A DNA stretch of 64,000 nt from assembly GCF_036321535.1 (NCBI RefSeq), contig NC_087437.1, positions 31,188,001 to 31,252,000 on the forward strand. The letters run 5' to 3'. Positions 1-13,984 of the stretch are shown in pieces. This DNA comes from Camelus dromedarius (lineage: Eukaryota). The position numbers and the translations under genes were made by a program. The notes under the pieces are model-generated. The model was not told the origin of the DNA, ran no database searches, and saw only the letters and a program-made list of their open reading frames with translations. How positions within the stretch are numbered: the first letter of the stretch is position 1; each line of letters begins with the position of its first letter.

Positions 1-47
1 GTGTGTGTGTGTGTGTGTTTGTATGTGTACATGTGTGTACATACATA
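1..47. repeat. (GT)n microsatellite grading into GTAC/ATAC low-complexity sequence
   Basis: Directly visible; truncated by the window start. Confidence 0.9.
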
Positions 48-3000
48 CAAGTGAAGGACTCTATCTATCCAAAGTGTTTGCAGAAGCAGCTCGTCTTCTT
101 GCTGAGGTCTTCAGTTGGGTTGCTGCAGATGAAGCTCTTAATTTGAAATCCATTCAGTGACCCTCTTTAGAAGTGCGCTCATTTTATAGCAATTCCTTTT
201 TTAAAATTTTCTGTAAACATTTGCATTTGTGGTAATTTGAGAAATGTTCTGAGAGAAGGAGAAAAAAGTCCCATCACATTAAAAAGGAAAATCACATTCA
301 TAAATCTCACTTTGATTTTCCAAATTTACTTTATCAATTCATAGTTTTTCATTAGTATACTAATCATGAACAGATGAGACTTGGGTCCAGTGAATCTGAT
401 TAAATATAGGACTCTTGGTTTCTCTGAATATTCTTCAAAACTTTTCTAGGAGAGAATACCACTTCATGAGAAGAATTGAATTTACAAGCATTGATTCATA
501 CTTGTCCTTACAAGAATTTCAAAGCCATTCTGATAGTCATCAGACATAGTAAAAAATGATTTGATGTTGCAAATTAATTACTTTGTATGCTTAAAAATAT
601 TTCAAAGACCAGCTTTCCACTCTTCAGAATTAGAAAAATAGAGTGGTAGAGACTGAAGGATTTAAGGCAAAAGTCTTTAAATTTCCATTTCACTATTGAG
701 AATCTCAATCCTACATAATCACTAGAAACAAATGAGTTAGCAGTGGATGTCAGCACTGAGGCAACTTTAGATTCCATCTAGTTCAGTGACATCATTTTAC
801 ACGGAATGACCAGTTCCTTGGTCGGAGTTACTCAAGGAACTAATAAAAGGATCAAGACCAAACTCAGGTCTCCTGACTCCAAGAGCAGGGTTCCTTTTGC
901 TTCTTTAGCATCTACACTCCAGCTTCTGGGTTATGCCCCATTTTTTAACACAGGAAAGAAGCACAGTGCATGAAACGCTTCTAGAAGGGACAATTCCCTT
1001 CTCTACGTATGCACCGTCTGCAATTCAAGCTTTTGTCTCTAGAAGAAACAGAGCCCTGCTGTGCACTAAGAGAGCCAGCCCGCTTTCTTCATCTCCTGTG
1101 GAGTCGTGAGGACCCCAAAGTGCCCCCTCGGCATCTCTCCAATTATGCATGTTCTGAAGCTGGACATAAATTAACTTCCAGATGAAAGTGTGCTTGGTGT
1201 CAGTTTCTAAAGAACTGGTGTCTCAGAAAGCGATCGACAAACACATGGGCACAGATGATTGGACAGGGCTGCACGTCAACCCTGGTTGTGAAATGTTCAT
1301 TGGGGCACCAGCACTGAACACACTTCACTCTCCTCTCTGCTTTTAGAGATTACTTTGAGAACTTGCTCCTGAGTCAGAATCCAAATACCTTTAAAAATCC
1401 TCATTGCAGGTTGATTTGCAGTTACTCAGATTGGAAACCAAAACAGAAGCCCAGCAGTGATTTTTTTTTTTTCTTGGAATCGACAACTAGGGAGGACTCT
1501 GAGAGCACTTGCACAGGCCATCTGGTCCAGCCCTCATGAGAAATCTGTCCTGCTTTTCCAATTTGCACTGTGCAGCAACTACTTGTAAAGGCCCCTGAAG
1601 AAATATTGTGTGATCTCCTTTCACAGAAGTCATGAAAATAAATGTGGCTCTTCCTTCTAAGAATTAGAATCACTCATTAATCTTTGAAATCCTCAGAGGA
1701 AGCAATAAAGTGAAGGCTTTTTCGAATTCTTGTCTATTGTCTGTACCCAAAGTAAGACAGGCTGGAAAATGATGACAGCAGACTGAGAGGCAAGAAAGCA
1801 CAGGCCCAGCAGTCGGGCAAGAGAGGCGCACAGTGGGGAGCCCGAGACCCCAACCTCCTGTTCACACCTGGGGAGGGAGATTCCTTCCCATTCTGGTCGC
1901 AGCACGTGCTCCCCTGGCCTGGCTGCTAAGCCACCCAAGAGTCAAAAACCACTTCACCGGGAGAAAATTCCCTCTTGCAATCAACTCAGCTCCTTGCAAG
2001 CCACCCTGGAAGCTTCTTGGCCGGCCTCCTGTTGGAAGGAAAATGAGCTAGCTCTAACTTCCTGCCTCAGAAGTCTTCTGGTACTTGAAAACCATTACTA
2101 CAACTCAGCCTCCTAATTTCCAGGATGGTTCCTCCTAGATTCATTCTCTGGTTCCCAGCTGTAATTACGACTCTCACTTAAACCCTCTCTACAATGACTG
2201 CATCACCTTTAAGTCACCCAGAGCTGGATACAATTCCAAGTAAGGGTCTAGACTTTTCAGGACAGAATTGCGAGATTGCCTAATAACAGAAATACGCTCT
2301 GTCTCCTTGTCTGAATTTCATGGTTATGCTTTCTCTTTTAGGAGAAAAAAAATCATTTGTAACCTTTTGAGCCAATCTTTGAAAAAACTGCTCTGAAACA
2401 TTTTTAAATGTTCTGACCTATTTATTTGAATAATGGTGGGTCACTCTGCTGATAACATAGCAACTCTTAATGAGATCATCAGCTCTAAAGGTTTTAATGG
2501 TGATGATTGAAGTCTCTTGGGTTGAAGAAATATGAAAAGGTCAAATCTGACATACAGGTTTCGGTAGTAGTTGAGTGTCCAGACAGAAAAACAAACAACT
2601 TGTAATATGATTAATCTGCCTTTTGATACACTCTTATAGAGATTTTTTTTTCATCTAGCAGGTTTAAATATAAAGGCAACTATACATGACTAGTTTTATT
2701 AACAAAAAACGTTTTCTGTGTTGGTAATCAACATCTTCCAAGACGGTGCCCCCGAAGGGACTCGAGCACAGGAAACTCCAAGCACGTTGTTCCCCACGAT
2801 GAATTTGTATCTACCGGAAGGCCCATATGCCTTAACAAAGCTCTTATGTAAGAAAAGCGAGCTTCTCCCTGAAGAACATATGCTATTAAAGCACCCTCTT
2901 CTCCATTTCTTTGAAATTAATTTCTACTTTAAACTTAGTTTTTATGTTACGGGGCTTTTGTGGTTAGTATCTTTGGCCTGAGACCACAACAGCAAGCTTG

Positions 3001-3649
3001 TTATGAAAATCAGCGGTGTAAATAACATGGCTTTAATGAACGCTCTTCTCTCTCAACTCAAGAACCAGCAAAGAATTCCTCTGAGGCATTTGATGAAAAT
3101 AGACCCTTTGACTCATTCCTTCCCCATCTTCTACCTCTGAAGGTAGAAGCACTTCTGCATCATTGAGTCTTTGCATTTACTGAAAAGACTGGAAATGCTC
3201 AGAAGAAGTCTTCTTCTGATTCCAGAGGGTTTTCACCTTGATGGAAAACATACTTGTTCAGTTTTGATAAGAGAAAAGAAGCAAGCTACTTTAAGGAGAC
3301 TCTGAAAGTGAGAGCTGGGAAACTCATGGTCTAACATCCAACTTCTCATTCGATCATGTCTTCTCTTCAACTTCCAGAGAAGAAGTTTAAGGTTTAATTT
3401 TCACTCAAATACCATTTCTCCTACAAGCAATCTTCTGGAAATCAGGAGGCTTGGATATCTTAGTCCCTAAAAGCACAGGGTCATTCTTTAAGTAGAGAAG
3501 CAAGTGTATATTGTCTGAGGACTCCAAACTTCACCAGATGTTTCCTGAGGGCGTCTTCAGGACCTTCGGTGGTCCTGTCTCAAAACAGGAAGTAGTTTAG
3601 AAGGGGATACAGTCAGTATCTTTAGGAAGCAGAGCTGGGCATTTTACAC

Positions 3650-4126
3650 TGTAGTGGTTTCCTGTTACTGCTTCAATGAACCACCCCAAAGTTCATGCCT
3701 TAAAACAACACAGATGTATTCCGTCGCAGTTCTGGAAGCCAGAAATTGAAAATCAAGGTGTCAGCAGAGCTGTGTTTTTCTGGAGGCCTCAGGGTAGAAA
3801 TTAATTTCCTCACCTTTTCCGGCTTCCAGAGGCCCCTGGCATCTCCTGGCTCTTCCCAGCTCCTCCCTCCTTCTTCAAAGCACATCTCTCCACCTTCTGG
3901 AGAGATCTTACATCTCTGCTTTCTCACTTTGATCCTCCTGCCTCCCTTTTATAAGGACTGCTGAGATAACAATGGTTCCAGCCAGATAATCCAGGGTAAT
4001 CTCCCCATCTCAAAATCTTTGACTTACTCACATCTGCAAATTCCCTTTACCAGGTAAGGTACATTATTCACAAGTTTCAGAAATTAGGTGTGAACATCTT
4101 TTAGGGGCATTATATAGCCCACCACA
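3650..4126 (-). mobile_element. MaLR solo LTR, MLT1D-like
   Basis: TG...CA ends; reverse complement of MLT1D-type motifs (ataatccagggtaatctccccatctcaa, cacatctgcaaa, cttaaaacaacacagat). Confidence 0.85.
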
Positions 4127-5310
4127 CATCATGCAAATACGGCATATTAGAGAGGGGAGAGTTAAAGGAACCCAAAGTATCAAGCATCATATCCTCATTA
4201 CTTTCTCTAGCACCTAAGGTTTGTTCAGATGAGGCAAGAGAGCAAAAGGAATAATGAGATCATTGCAAATTCAGTGCACCGGGGATTTTCTCTGTATAAG
4301 GCTACAGCCTAGGTTTTGAATCAGAATAAGAATTCATATTTACAGAATGTACCTTCAGTGTGAAAAAGTCTAAATAGTTTTATCTTGACCTTGGCAATAA
4401 CGCTAATGGAAGCTGTCGCCCACATCTCCTCTGCTTCTTAGGCCCCTTAATGCAACACTTGCTAGAAACATCCCTTTTTGCCTTTTTTTAAAATTCCAAG
4501 ACCTAAGTACAAATTAGAAGATTTGGAAGTAGATAGTAATAGAAAAAAATAAATCAACGGATCATCATAAAGACCAAGCTGTAACAAAAGTCCCATGGCT
4601 CAAAAAAATACACATCTGCTTCCAAATTTCATGACTGTCATCAGTGAGATACGGACTCTTACTCCTTCCAAGCACCTGGGGTTTGGGAGCCGTAGCAGCA
4701 CGTCTTTCATCCTGATGTGATGCATCTGCAAGGCTCTGTTCACATCATGTGATAGAACTTTACCTTTCCCTATAACTCATACTGTCCCTGCCTCATTAAT
4801 GTTGTCATAGTGGTATTGGGAGGGGGCTAGTAGAATTTTCTTGCAGGGATAGGAAATTCTTTTTCTGAATTAAATTCATTAATTTAATTAAATATTTTAT
4901 TAAATATTTTAATTTATGAAATATTATCTAATATTCTCTTGAACACATTAGGTTAGTCAGTTATTTTAATCAGAAACATGCTTTTATTCTTATTCATAAA
5001 ACTTGTACGCAATCTAACACAAATTTTCAAATGTTTTAAAGCTCATGCAGTTTTCCTCAGTAAAGCGTGGTCTCACATACTAATAGAGGAAACTGGTTGT
5101 TTTTTAATTCTTTCCATTCCCTTCTAAAGACCTATGGCTCCTCTATCACTGCCTAGAATATTGGGCTTTGAAGAATTACAGTCTTGGTGCCAAATCATTT
5201 AAATCTGCATACCTTCTCTTGGCATGCAAGCAGTAAGTACCAGATTGTTTCAGATTTGGGGAGAAATATTAGGGGCTGCAGATCAAAGTGAGTTAGAAAA
5301 TATTCATTTG

Positions 5311-5624
5311 ATCTTATTTACAAAACAGAAAGAGACTCAAAGGCATAGAAAGCAAAGTTATGGATACCAAAGGGGAAAGGGGAGGAGGGATAAATTGGGG
5401 GTTTGGGATTAGCAGATACACATTACTATATATAAAATAGATACATAACAAGGTCCTATTGCATAGCACAGGGAACTATATTCAATATCTTGTAATAACC
5501 TATAATGAAAAAAGAATACGAAAAAGAATATGTATAACTGAATTACTGTGCTGTACATCAGAAACTAACAACAATGTAAATCAACCATACTTAAAAAAAG
5601 GTCTAAAATGCAAAAAAAGAAAAA
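5311..5624 (+). mobile_element. 5'-truncated L1 3' end (artiodactyl type)
   Basis: tagcacagggaactatattcaatatcttgtaataacctataatg L1 3'UTR motif; A-rich tail; approximate TSD agaaaa(t)attcatttg at 5295-5310 and 5625-5639. Confidence 0.9.
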
Positions 5625-6524
5625 AGAAAAATTCATTTGGCATTCAGAAGTCAGGAGAGTCAAGCATTAAAACTCAAGCTGGGGTTATAATTCGGCCACT
5701 TGTGGCCGAATACTGTTTCCGGAGGCTACAAGGGATGCAATGCTTGGTGAGAGGGAAATGAGGAAACGAGCCCTTTGGGACCTTGCTGACTGTAGACTGT
5801 GCTACCACCCTCAACTGTTGGAGCTGGGATGCAAAGCATGGGTTAGAATGCAACTCTGGAGGAAGTAATTGTACAGCAGGAATGGAAAGGTACTGCTGTA
5901 GAACCCCTCACAGGGCTGGACAACTCCATGTGCATTTTCACCTCAGCTGCATCATCTTATATTGACATGGCAGTGTCTTTCTAGCCACCACTGACCACCA
6001 AGCCCCTCTAGCAGTACACTGAGTGCAAGAGGGGGGAGAGCGAGACCGATTCTTGCTGTCCTACAAATTATTGCCAACAGGATCTATATTCTGACTCAGA
6101 GAAGACATTTCCATGAAAATACAGCAGTGACAACATTGGTTAATATTGACAGTAGGAAGGTAAAGCAAACAGGTGGAAGTCTATATGTCTATTCCACTAG
6201 TAAACTCTGCTTACTGATCATTGATGGCCACTAATGAAACAAATGTGGTGCGTTTAGTAAGTGTACTTCAATTTGACTTCTTAGCAGGAAAGCAATACTA
6301 TCACATGACAATACCATTGATCAAAGTATTTAACCTTTAATAATGATTTGTTTTAGAAATTGAGACATTCATAAAATGTTAGCTTATAATTTTTCTTGTT
6401 ATTCTTCCTAAGAATATTAGTTTGGTGTATACCTACTTTGATATGAGAATATCTTGGGGACAGGACAAAAGACACATACTAATTATCAAAATGTCTGAAT
6501 AACATTCTTTGCCACTAAAATCTT

Positions 6525-6624
6525 TAAAAAACAATTTTTTTTTAATGGAGGTACTGGGGATCGAACCCAAGACCTCATGTCATGTGCTAAGCATGCACTC
6601 TACCACTGAGCTAGTTCCCTCCCC
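6525..6624 (-). mobile_element. Camelid tRNA-derived SINE (Vic-1-like)
   Basis: Reverse strand reads gggaggga..tagctcagtggtagagtgcatgcttagca..gggttcgatccccagtacctcc (A and B boxes); TSD ctaaaatctt at 6515-6524 and 6625-6634. Confidence 0.92.
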
Positions 6625-6669
6625 CTAAAATCTTACTTTATGTTGATTGCCTCATGTAAACATTTAAAC

Positions 6670-6860
6670 CAAGGGCTTGAAAGAGCTTAATTAATATTAT
6701 TTTTATCCTTGAGCAAAACTCTGGGAGGTGGTAGCAAGTAGTATTATTCCCGTTTTCAGTTACAGCAACTGAAGCACAAAGACAGAGCTAATGACATCCT
6801 GTGCAATCCCAAATATCGGGCTTTTGGTTTCAGCTCGAAGCTCAGACAGCTTCTGAACAA
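6670..6860 (-). mobile_element. MIR SINE remnant
   Basis: tattattcccgttttcagttacagcaactgaagcaca resembles the antisense MIR core. Confidence 0.6.
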
Positions 6861-7289
6861 CTTTTTCTTATACTGACTCAGGAGGACTGAAAGGAATCTA
6901 ACATTGACAAGTGATGTTTCTGGGCAAGACTCTGTTTCCCTTGTTGGCATGAGGGATGGTCCGGGTGCACAGTGCCCTTCATTGTGACTCTGCCCAGAAA
7001 GGTAGTGCCACAGACCACACATACTGAGGCACTCAGAGCTGATCCAGAATCCATAGGCTGATGGAAATGTCACCTGCCATGATGTTTATTATTGGCAGTT
7101 CAAGCTCCTGGAAGTCTTTCTTGAGGGGTGAATAAGGACATCTTCAGGTCTTAGAAGGTAAATTTATACAGAGCTGAAGGAGGTAACAGATACTGTGAAG
7201 GTGATTTTTTTGGACAAGTATTTGTCCCCCATATTTAGTTCAGCAAGGTGTGTATGTGTGTGTGTGTCTAAGGTACAAACACAAAACAT

Positions 7290-7480
7290 GTCCTAGTGGC
7301 AGTGAACAACTCTGCAGGAGCACTCGCAGTAGCTGGAGGTACTGCACAGTGCCTTTTCCCAGCTTTGTCCTTACTAGCAAATTCCTTAATGTCTCTGTGC
7401 CCCAGTATCTGTAAGATGAGCCTGGTAATCCTTTATGGTGTTGCTTGGAAGACTGCATGAGATAATGAAAGTAAAGTACC
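7290..7480 (+). mobile_element. MIR SINE remnant
   Basis: cttactagc..ttccttaatgtctctgtgccccagtatctgtaagatg MIR core. Confidence 0.6.
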
Positions 7481-9453
7481 AACTATTATCACTTAGAATT
7501 GTCAATGGCATCAAAAACAAAAGGACAAGAAGAAATGAAGCTGTATGAGCCTACGGTGACATCATTGCAGTAGGGCTTTCTTTATAAACTTTTTTTTTTT
7601 TTGCCTTAGAATATCCATATTTTAATCAGCCCCAGTTGTAGCACAGTGTGGTGTGTTGTAGGTGATCAATAAAAGTTTGTTGGATGGATAATTGGATGCA
7701 TTCATGAGCCAGTTTCCATCAGCTTCTAAGGCTTCTGTGGGATTGTATTACAGTGTAGCTCTCGTGGCTTCAGTGCAGGCTACGTCCTCTCTACCAGACT
7801 TGTTCTCTTCACATTCATCGTGAGTCTTCATTCCTTTGCCAGTTAGGAATCCTGTCTGCTTTTGACCTTGGCTGCTGAAGGGCTTGACCCCTCCTTGCTG
7901 TCCCCCATGGCTTCTGGCATATCTACTTAACACCTGGCTGTGTGCCAGAAACAAATGTAAGATGGTTTCCAAATGGCATGGATTACAACAGGAAAAAAAC
8001 CTGAAATGACAGAGTAAAGACAAGAATGAAGGATGCTTGTAGCCATTTGCCCGGAAGCATGCATATTCCCTGAGAAACATCCACTGGCCAGGCACTGTGT
8101 CACTCCAAAAGAGAAACGTGCAGTTGTGTGCAAAGTCCTGGGGGGAGGTGTGTGCAGGGACTGCTTGAGTCTTTGTTTTTGCTGGTTTTCTGCAAAGGAT
8201 GTGAGTCTGCGTGAGATAGTAATTCCTGATCTATCACTTGATCCTTTGAGAAGAAGGATACAATGAAAGCAAGGTGGTTTATCAAACCAGACCTTGTAGG
8301 CAAATTATTTACATTGATACATAATATCCACAGGTTCATATTGGTCAATTGAAAAATGATAACCATTTCAAAACTCCTTCAATGACTTGAGTTTTGAGCA
8401 CACTGCGATGCGCAGATGGAGCTGACTGAGTCTTCTCATGGCATATCCATGGCCTTTTCTCAAGGGCTAGAGCAGCCTGAGGGTCTGAATTCCTTATGGG
8501 TCCAGGTGGTAGGGCCTCTTGAAACCTCAAATCTGGGTCCACTCACTCCAGCTTACACTGAACTATATAACATTTTTTTCTCAGATGCATGAATGGAGAA
8601 GGGATCTTGTGATTTGATTGCAATGGGGACTTTAATATCCATTGAAATACGTTAATATATGTGGCTTCTCCCCGAATCTCCACTTTCTCCTCTTCATTAA
8701 GCAAGTTGCTTATGCTTTCTTATTTGCAGAAAGTTTGTTTTTTGTTTCCCGGAGCCTAAGCCTGTTGAAGAGAGTCTGGTTTGAGGGCAAAATCATTTCA
8801 CAGATAAAGCAGAGATTCTGCTGGCTGGGAGGTTCTGTGGAAGATCTGTGACCTCATGAATCTTGCTCCCTGAAAACATTCAAAGAACATGACAAATCTT
8901 GGAGGAAATAGCCCTGTGTTATCAGAGAGACTGGATCCCCAGCCAGGGGTTCAGCTTCTCCTAATATCTATGAAGCAATCTGTGTGCTTTGAAAGTAGCA
9001 GAGTCAAGGACCATGTGGTCTGGGACAGAAGCTGTCTCTGGGGTAACAGTGGACAGATGACCAATGATGGGAGGCATTTCCTGATGCCTGGGGAGGGTGA
9101 GACCCTGGGACCCTGGCCCAGTCCCAGCAGCATGGAGGGTGCAAGAAGAGAGCCAGTATTGTCTGAAAGTCAAATTTCCAGTCAGCTTGGCGGGAGGGGA
9201 TCCCTGAGTTGAAATTAAGTAAATGTGTAGGAAAATTGTAACATGTTCTATTTCTCACACATGTAAGTTTGTGGCCTGAGATTATTACCTGTTTTGTGTG
9301 CATTTTGGAAGGTGGACAAGTTGGACAGGAAGGACAATCCAGGCATTGTTTCAAGATGGGAAACCAGCCAACCAAAGTATGAAGGACAAGGAGAAGGACA
9401 AATGCTTTCTGCTACAGAGACATTAGTGTCCAGGCTTCACCCTGCAGAGATGA

Positions 9454-9771
9454 CAGTGTTCCAACAGTACCCAGAGGGGATTGGTTCCAGGACCCCCACA
9501 AATACCAAAATCCCAGGATGAACAAGTCCTTTATATAAAATGGCTTAGTCCATATGTGCACATAACCTACACACACCCTTCCGTATACTTCAGTCATTCC
9601 TAGATCACGTGTAATACCTAGTACAATGTAAATGCTATGTAAATCATTGTTGGCACATGGCAAATTTAAGTTAAGCTTTTTGGAACTTTCTGGAACTTTT
9701 TTCTGAATATTTTTGAATACTTGTTGGTTGAATCTGCAGACGTGGAACCTTCAGATATGAAGGGCTGACTG
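9454..9771 (+). mobile_element. TcMar-Tigger MITE, MER2-like
   Basis: ggggattggttccaggaccccc..ataccaaaatcc start and gatatgaagggctgactg|TA end match MER2. Confidence 0.88.
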
Positions 9772-10381
9772 TATACAGATTTGTCTTAAGGATAGCAAAA
9801 TTATTTTGATGGAAATGGGGAACTTTTTATTTGAAAAATTTTAATTTCTTTTTGTCCTGCTTTCACAAGAACAGAAATTATTTATTTTGTCAAAAATTTC
9901 CTCTTACCGAAATTTCTTAATTTCCTCTTATTTTGCAAAAATTAAATGGGCTCCACGTGGGGTTAGGACAAGAGAGAATTTTATTACAGTGGACACTGAG
10001 TTGGGTGGTGCAGAGCTGAGCAGGAAGAGACAATTAAGGGCGCTGAAGTTGTCCTGGTGTTATCACCGCCCCTCTGAGGGGAGGCCACGTGGGGAAGCGC
10101 AGAGGGGAGCTGTCTCAGGGAGGCCGTAACTGACCACATCATTGTTAATATATCGTGTGGTGCCCTAAGCATGACGTAGCAAGAGTTAGAGGACAGCTCT
10201 GTCTCATTATTAAACTGTGGGCATTAAAGCTTTTTTGTATGTAATTGTGATTATTCGGACTGGAGTAGGGATTGTACAGAATAAGTAGTTCCTAGCAGAG
10301 CATCACGCCCATATATGTGGACCCTTAACTGTTATGGCTGATAAGATTTCTTTCTTTTTTTTTTCTGGGCTAGAAATATGA

Positions 10382-11010
10382 ATTTTTTTAAGTTAAAGTA
10401 TACTCAGCTACAGTGTGTCAATTTCTGGGGTACAGCATAATGTTTCAGTCATACATATACATACATGTATTCATTTTCATATTCTTTTTCATTATAATTT
10501 ACTATAAGATATTGAATATAGTTCCTTGGGCTATACAGAAGGAGCTTGTTTATTTTATGTATTGTAGTTAATATCTGCAAATCTCAAGCTCCCAATTTAT
10601 CCCTTCCCACCCTCTTTCCTCTGGTAACCATAAGTTTGTTTACTGTGTCTGTGAATCTGTTTCTGTTTTGTAGATAGTTCATTAGTGTCTTCTTTTTCTT
10701 TTTTTAAGATTCCACATATGAGTGATATTATATGGTATTTTTCTCTCTTTCTGGCTTCCTTCACTTAGAATGACAATCTCCAGACCCGCCCATGTCACTG
10801 AAAATGGCATTATTTCATTCTTCTTTATGGCTGAGTAGTATTCCATCATATAAATATATCACAAGTTCTTTATCCAGTCATCTGTCAATAGACATTTAGG
10901 TTGTTTCCATGTCTTAGCTATTGTAAATAGTGCTGCTGTGAACATTGGGGTGCAGGTATGTTTTCAAATTAGAGTTCCCTTCGGATATCTGTCCAGGAGT
11001 GGCATATTGT
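10382..11010 (-). mobile_element. L1 3' end (ORF2 tail plus 3'UTR), antisense
   Basis: T-rich start; agattccacatatgagtgatat..ggctgagtagtattcca..ctattgtaaatagtgctgct..aacattggggtgcagg. Confidence 0.92.
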
Positions 11011-11769
11011 GAATATTGAGAGGCTGACTGGGGAGAGGATGAGAGGTCTCCTTATGAGGTAGTGCTGTGGTCTTCCTCCTTTCACTGACCCCATGCAAGG
11101 GAATGAGGTATTTCTCCTCCCACCCCAAAGCCAAAAGGGAGACTCTAGGAGAATCACTCATCAACCTGCCAAACCGTCCACCATCCTCAAAATCAGGGAC
11201 AGTGATGGATGCCATGCTGATCAGCATCTAGCCACTGGCAACTGCCAGGGTGTGGGGGAAGGGTCAAGGGACAGCTGGCTGCTATAACCTGGGGCAAGGG
11301 CATGAAAAGCATGAAGGGGTGTGGAGACAGGATCCCAAATGGACCCTGGAACTGAGGCCAAGAAGTGGAGACCACGGGCTGCAGGTTTCTGGGTGGTGCA
11401 GGGCCGTGCACATCAGAGGAGCTGGTGGGAAGCCATAAGCTGAGGGTCGACAGGCTAATCGCACAAAGGGCCCCACCTTCTGAGCTCCAAGAAAACGGGC
11501 AGAGCAGCAGTTAGGCCCCAGACATGCAGGGGACTGGAACTCTCCCGTCTTTCTCTCATTTTCCTTCATTCTCCTGGACCGACACCAAGGAGCATGCAGC
11601 GAAGAGAGGGCAGAAGGCCTCCATCCTCCTCTCCTCTCATGTGCCAAAAGCATTGTGACCTCGGTAGGGTCAGGGATGGGAAGGGAAGAGGGATGTAAAT
11701 TAAAAATGAGGTGGACATTTTAAAAGAAGCAGGGCTGTCTTAGAAAGTGTTTTAAGAAAAGTGACTTTC

Positions 11770-12260
11770 GAAAGGTGTGGAATTGAGCCAACATAGCTTC
11801 AGTGGAAGCCATCACCCAGTGGAACGGCGGGGTGGGGTGAGTCAAGGAGTAGAGTTGAAAGCAGTGAATGGGGAAAACGTTTCTAACGCAAGGAGGGAAG
11901 AGTATGTGTTGTGGGGAGGGCAGGACAGGAGAGGTCAGTCTGTCCCGGGGGGTATCAAGAAGGCTTCAAGGAGAAGGTGGGGTTGAGTCCTCTACTGAAG
12001 GGTGGGGAGTGGAGTGGAGAGAGCAGGTGAGCTATGCGGGGTGGTGAGGGGCCCAGCCTGGATGGAGTCCAGCCTCCGGGAGTGTGACGAGGACAGATGG
12101 CAGCCTGGACCAGCAGTGCCCCAAGCTCTCAGATGAGGATTTGGGGCTTGGCTGGAAAGCCGGCAGGCAGCCATTGCATGTCCTTCAGCACTGAGTAATG
12201 CAAGAGGAAGATGACTGGTCTGTGAAAGAGCCAAGATGGAAAGGTGCTCTTAGGAAGCTG
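11770..12260 (-). mobile_element. Probable L2 remnant
   Basis: caagaaggcttcaaggagaaggtg is a typical antisense L2 motif; heavily diverged. Confidence 0.4.
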
Positions 12261-13486
12261 CTCTACCCACCGTGTGTGGGGCAGGGGGACTCAGAAGCAT
12301 GGCTGTGCCTTGTTGCACCCACAGCATTACTTAGCCCTATTTGTTGACTATAAATGATGCAGTTGGGCACTTGAGTCTCTTCTTTTAGGCATTTAAAGGG
12401 CTCACTGGGTAGAGAGGGAGGACTTGAAGCTCAGCAGCCCGTTGACAGTCACCCATATGGAAGCCAAGGCACCCACCCCGTCCTCACACATGCAGTGACC
12501 AGCTTTGCAGCAACCCTGATATGCGGCACGCATTTGATTTATGCTACTTACTTTTCTCCTGTTATCTGTCATTTTAAACTGCTCTGTGCATTAGTCACTA
12601 TGGAAACGTGACGCTGTGAGAATGGGCAGAGCTCAGTGACATGCATGATGGCAGTACTAAGGTGGTTTCATGTGACAGTTGATAGTGTGGACATCTTTTC
12701 TGAGTAAATAGATGGCAGGTGTTGTGAGCCCATGGATGTTATGTCTGGTTAAACTGAGAACAGAAAACAGGGCTAAGTCTTCCCCGTGATGAAGACCAGT
12801 TCCAGAGGCTTTATATACGTTGGAAAGTGAAGCATCAAGAGTACTAGAAACAGGGAGAATTTTAATACGCCAAAGCCAATCAAGTTTCCCCAACATATGT
12901 GTGCACAGAAGCCAGTTGTGGAAATGTCAAATAAATCACAATGATGAGCATAGTTCGGTGTGTATTTGAATGACCCAAGCTCTACTGTGAAGAAATAGGG
13001 TTATTATAGCAAGAGGGTGCGGGTTGACTGCTCCTCTGGCCCCCTCCCCGTGGTTGTGGAAATTTCTCTCAGGGAAAGGAGTGTCAGCAGCTGCCTTTTC
13101 TGAGAAGGACTGCAAGCATGGTTCAGACACAGCGAGCCCTGAAGTCCCTGCTCACTTTGTGAGCAGCCCTCTTCCTGTCTCTGAGTCTCCTTAACCCCTC
13201 ACCCCAGTCAGTATCGCTGCCTGGATCTTTTTTTGCTTCACATTTCCATTTCTCACAAAATACTGACTATCTTACACTTATGGCTCCAATAGCAAACCAC
13301 ATTAGCTCAGTTGCATTCAAATCAATTCAGTGGAAGACTTTAAGCACATTTTGATTAATGGTAGACACCATATGACTTGAATGTGTATCTAATTCACTGA
13401 TATTTGTTGGATTTAATATCAAAACGGACTGGAACAAATCTAGTTCTTTGGTAGGAACTTCCTGTCTCCCCTATTTTATTGGAGAC

Positions 13487-13984
13487 AGAGGTAGGCTAAA
13501 TAATGGCCTTCGAAGACATCCAAGTCCTGATCCCTAGAACCTGTGAATGTTACCTTATATGGCAAAAAGAACGCGCAGATGTGATTAAGTTGAGGATCTT
13601 AAGATGGGGAGATTATCCTGGATAATCCGAGTGGGTCTTAAATGTAATCACAAGTCTCCTCACAAGAGGGTGGTGGAGGGGGATTTGATTACAGAAGGGT
13701 CAGACAGAAGGCGCCGTGATGACAGAAGCAATGAGAGATTTGAAGATGTTATGCTGCTGGCTTTGGAGCTGAAGGACAGGGCCGAGAGCCAAGCAATGGA
13801 AAGGCTATGGAAGCTGAGAGAGGCAAGGAAATAGATTCTCTCCTGGGGTCTCCAGAAGGAACCGGCCCTGTCTGCACCTGGACTTTAGTTTAGTAAAACT
13901 GATTTGAGACTGACCTCCAGGACTGCAAGGGAATAAGTCTGTGTTGCTTTAAGCTGTTTACAGCAGCGATAAGAAACTCATACA
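13487..13984 (+). mobile_element. MaLR solo LTR, MLT1D-like
   Basis: ataatggcc..gaacctgtgaatgttacctt..gcagatgtgattaagttgaggatcttaagatggggagattatcctggata..gaaactcataca. Confidence 0.9.

Noticed and set aside
4865..4935. AT-only quasi-palindrome
   Set aside because: Low complexity; self-complementarity is expected by chance
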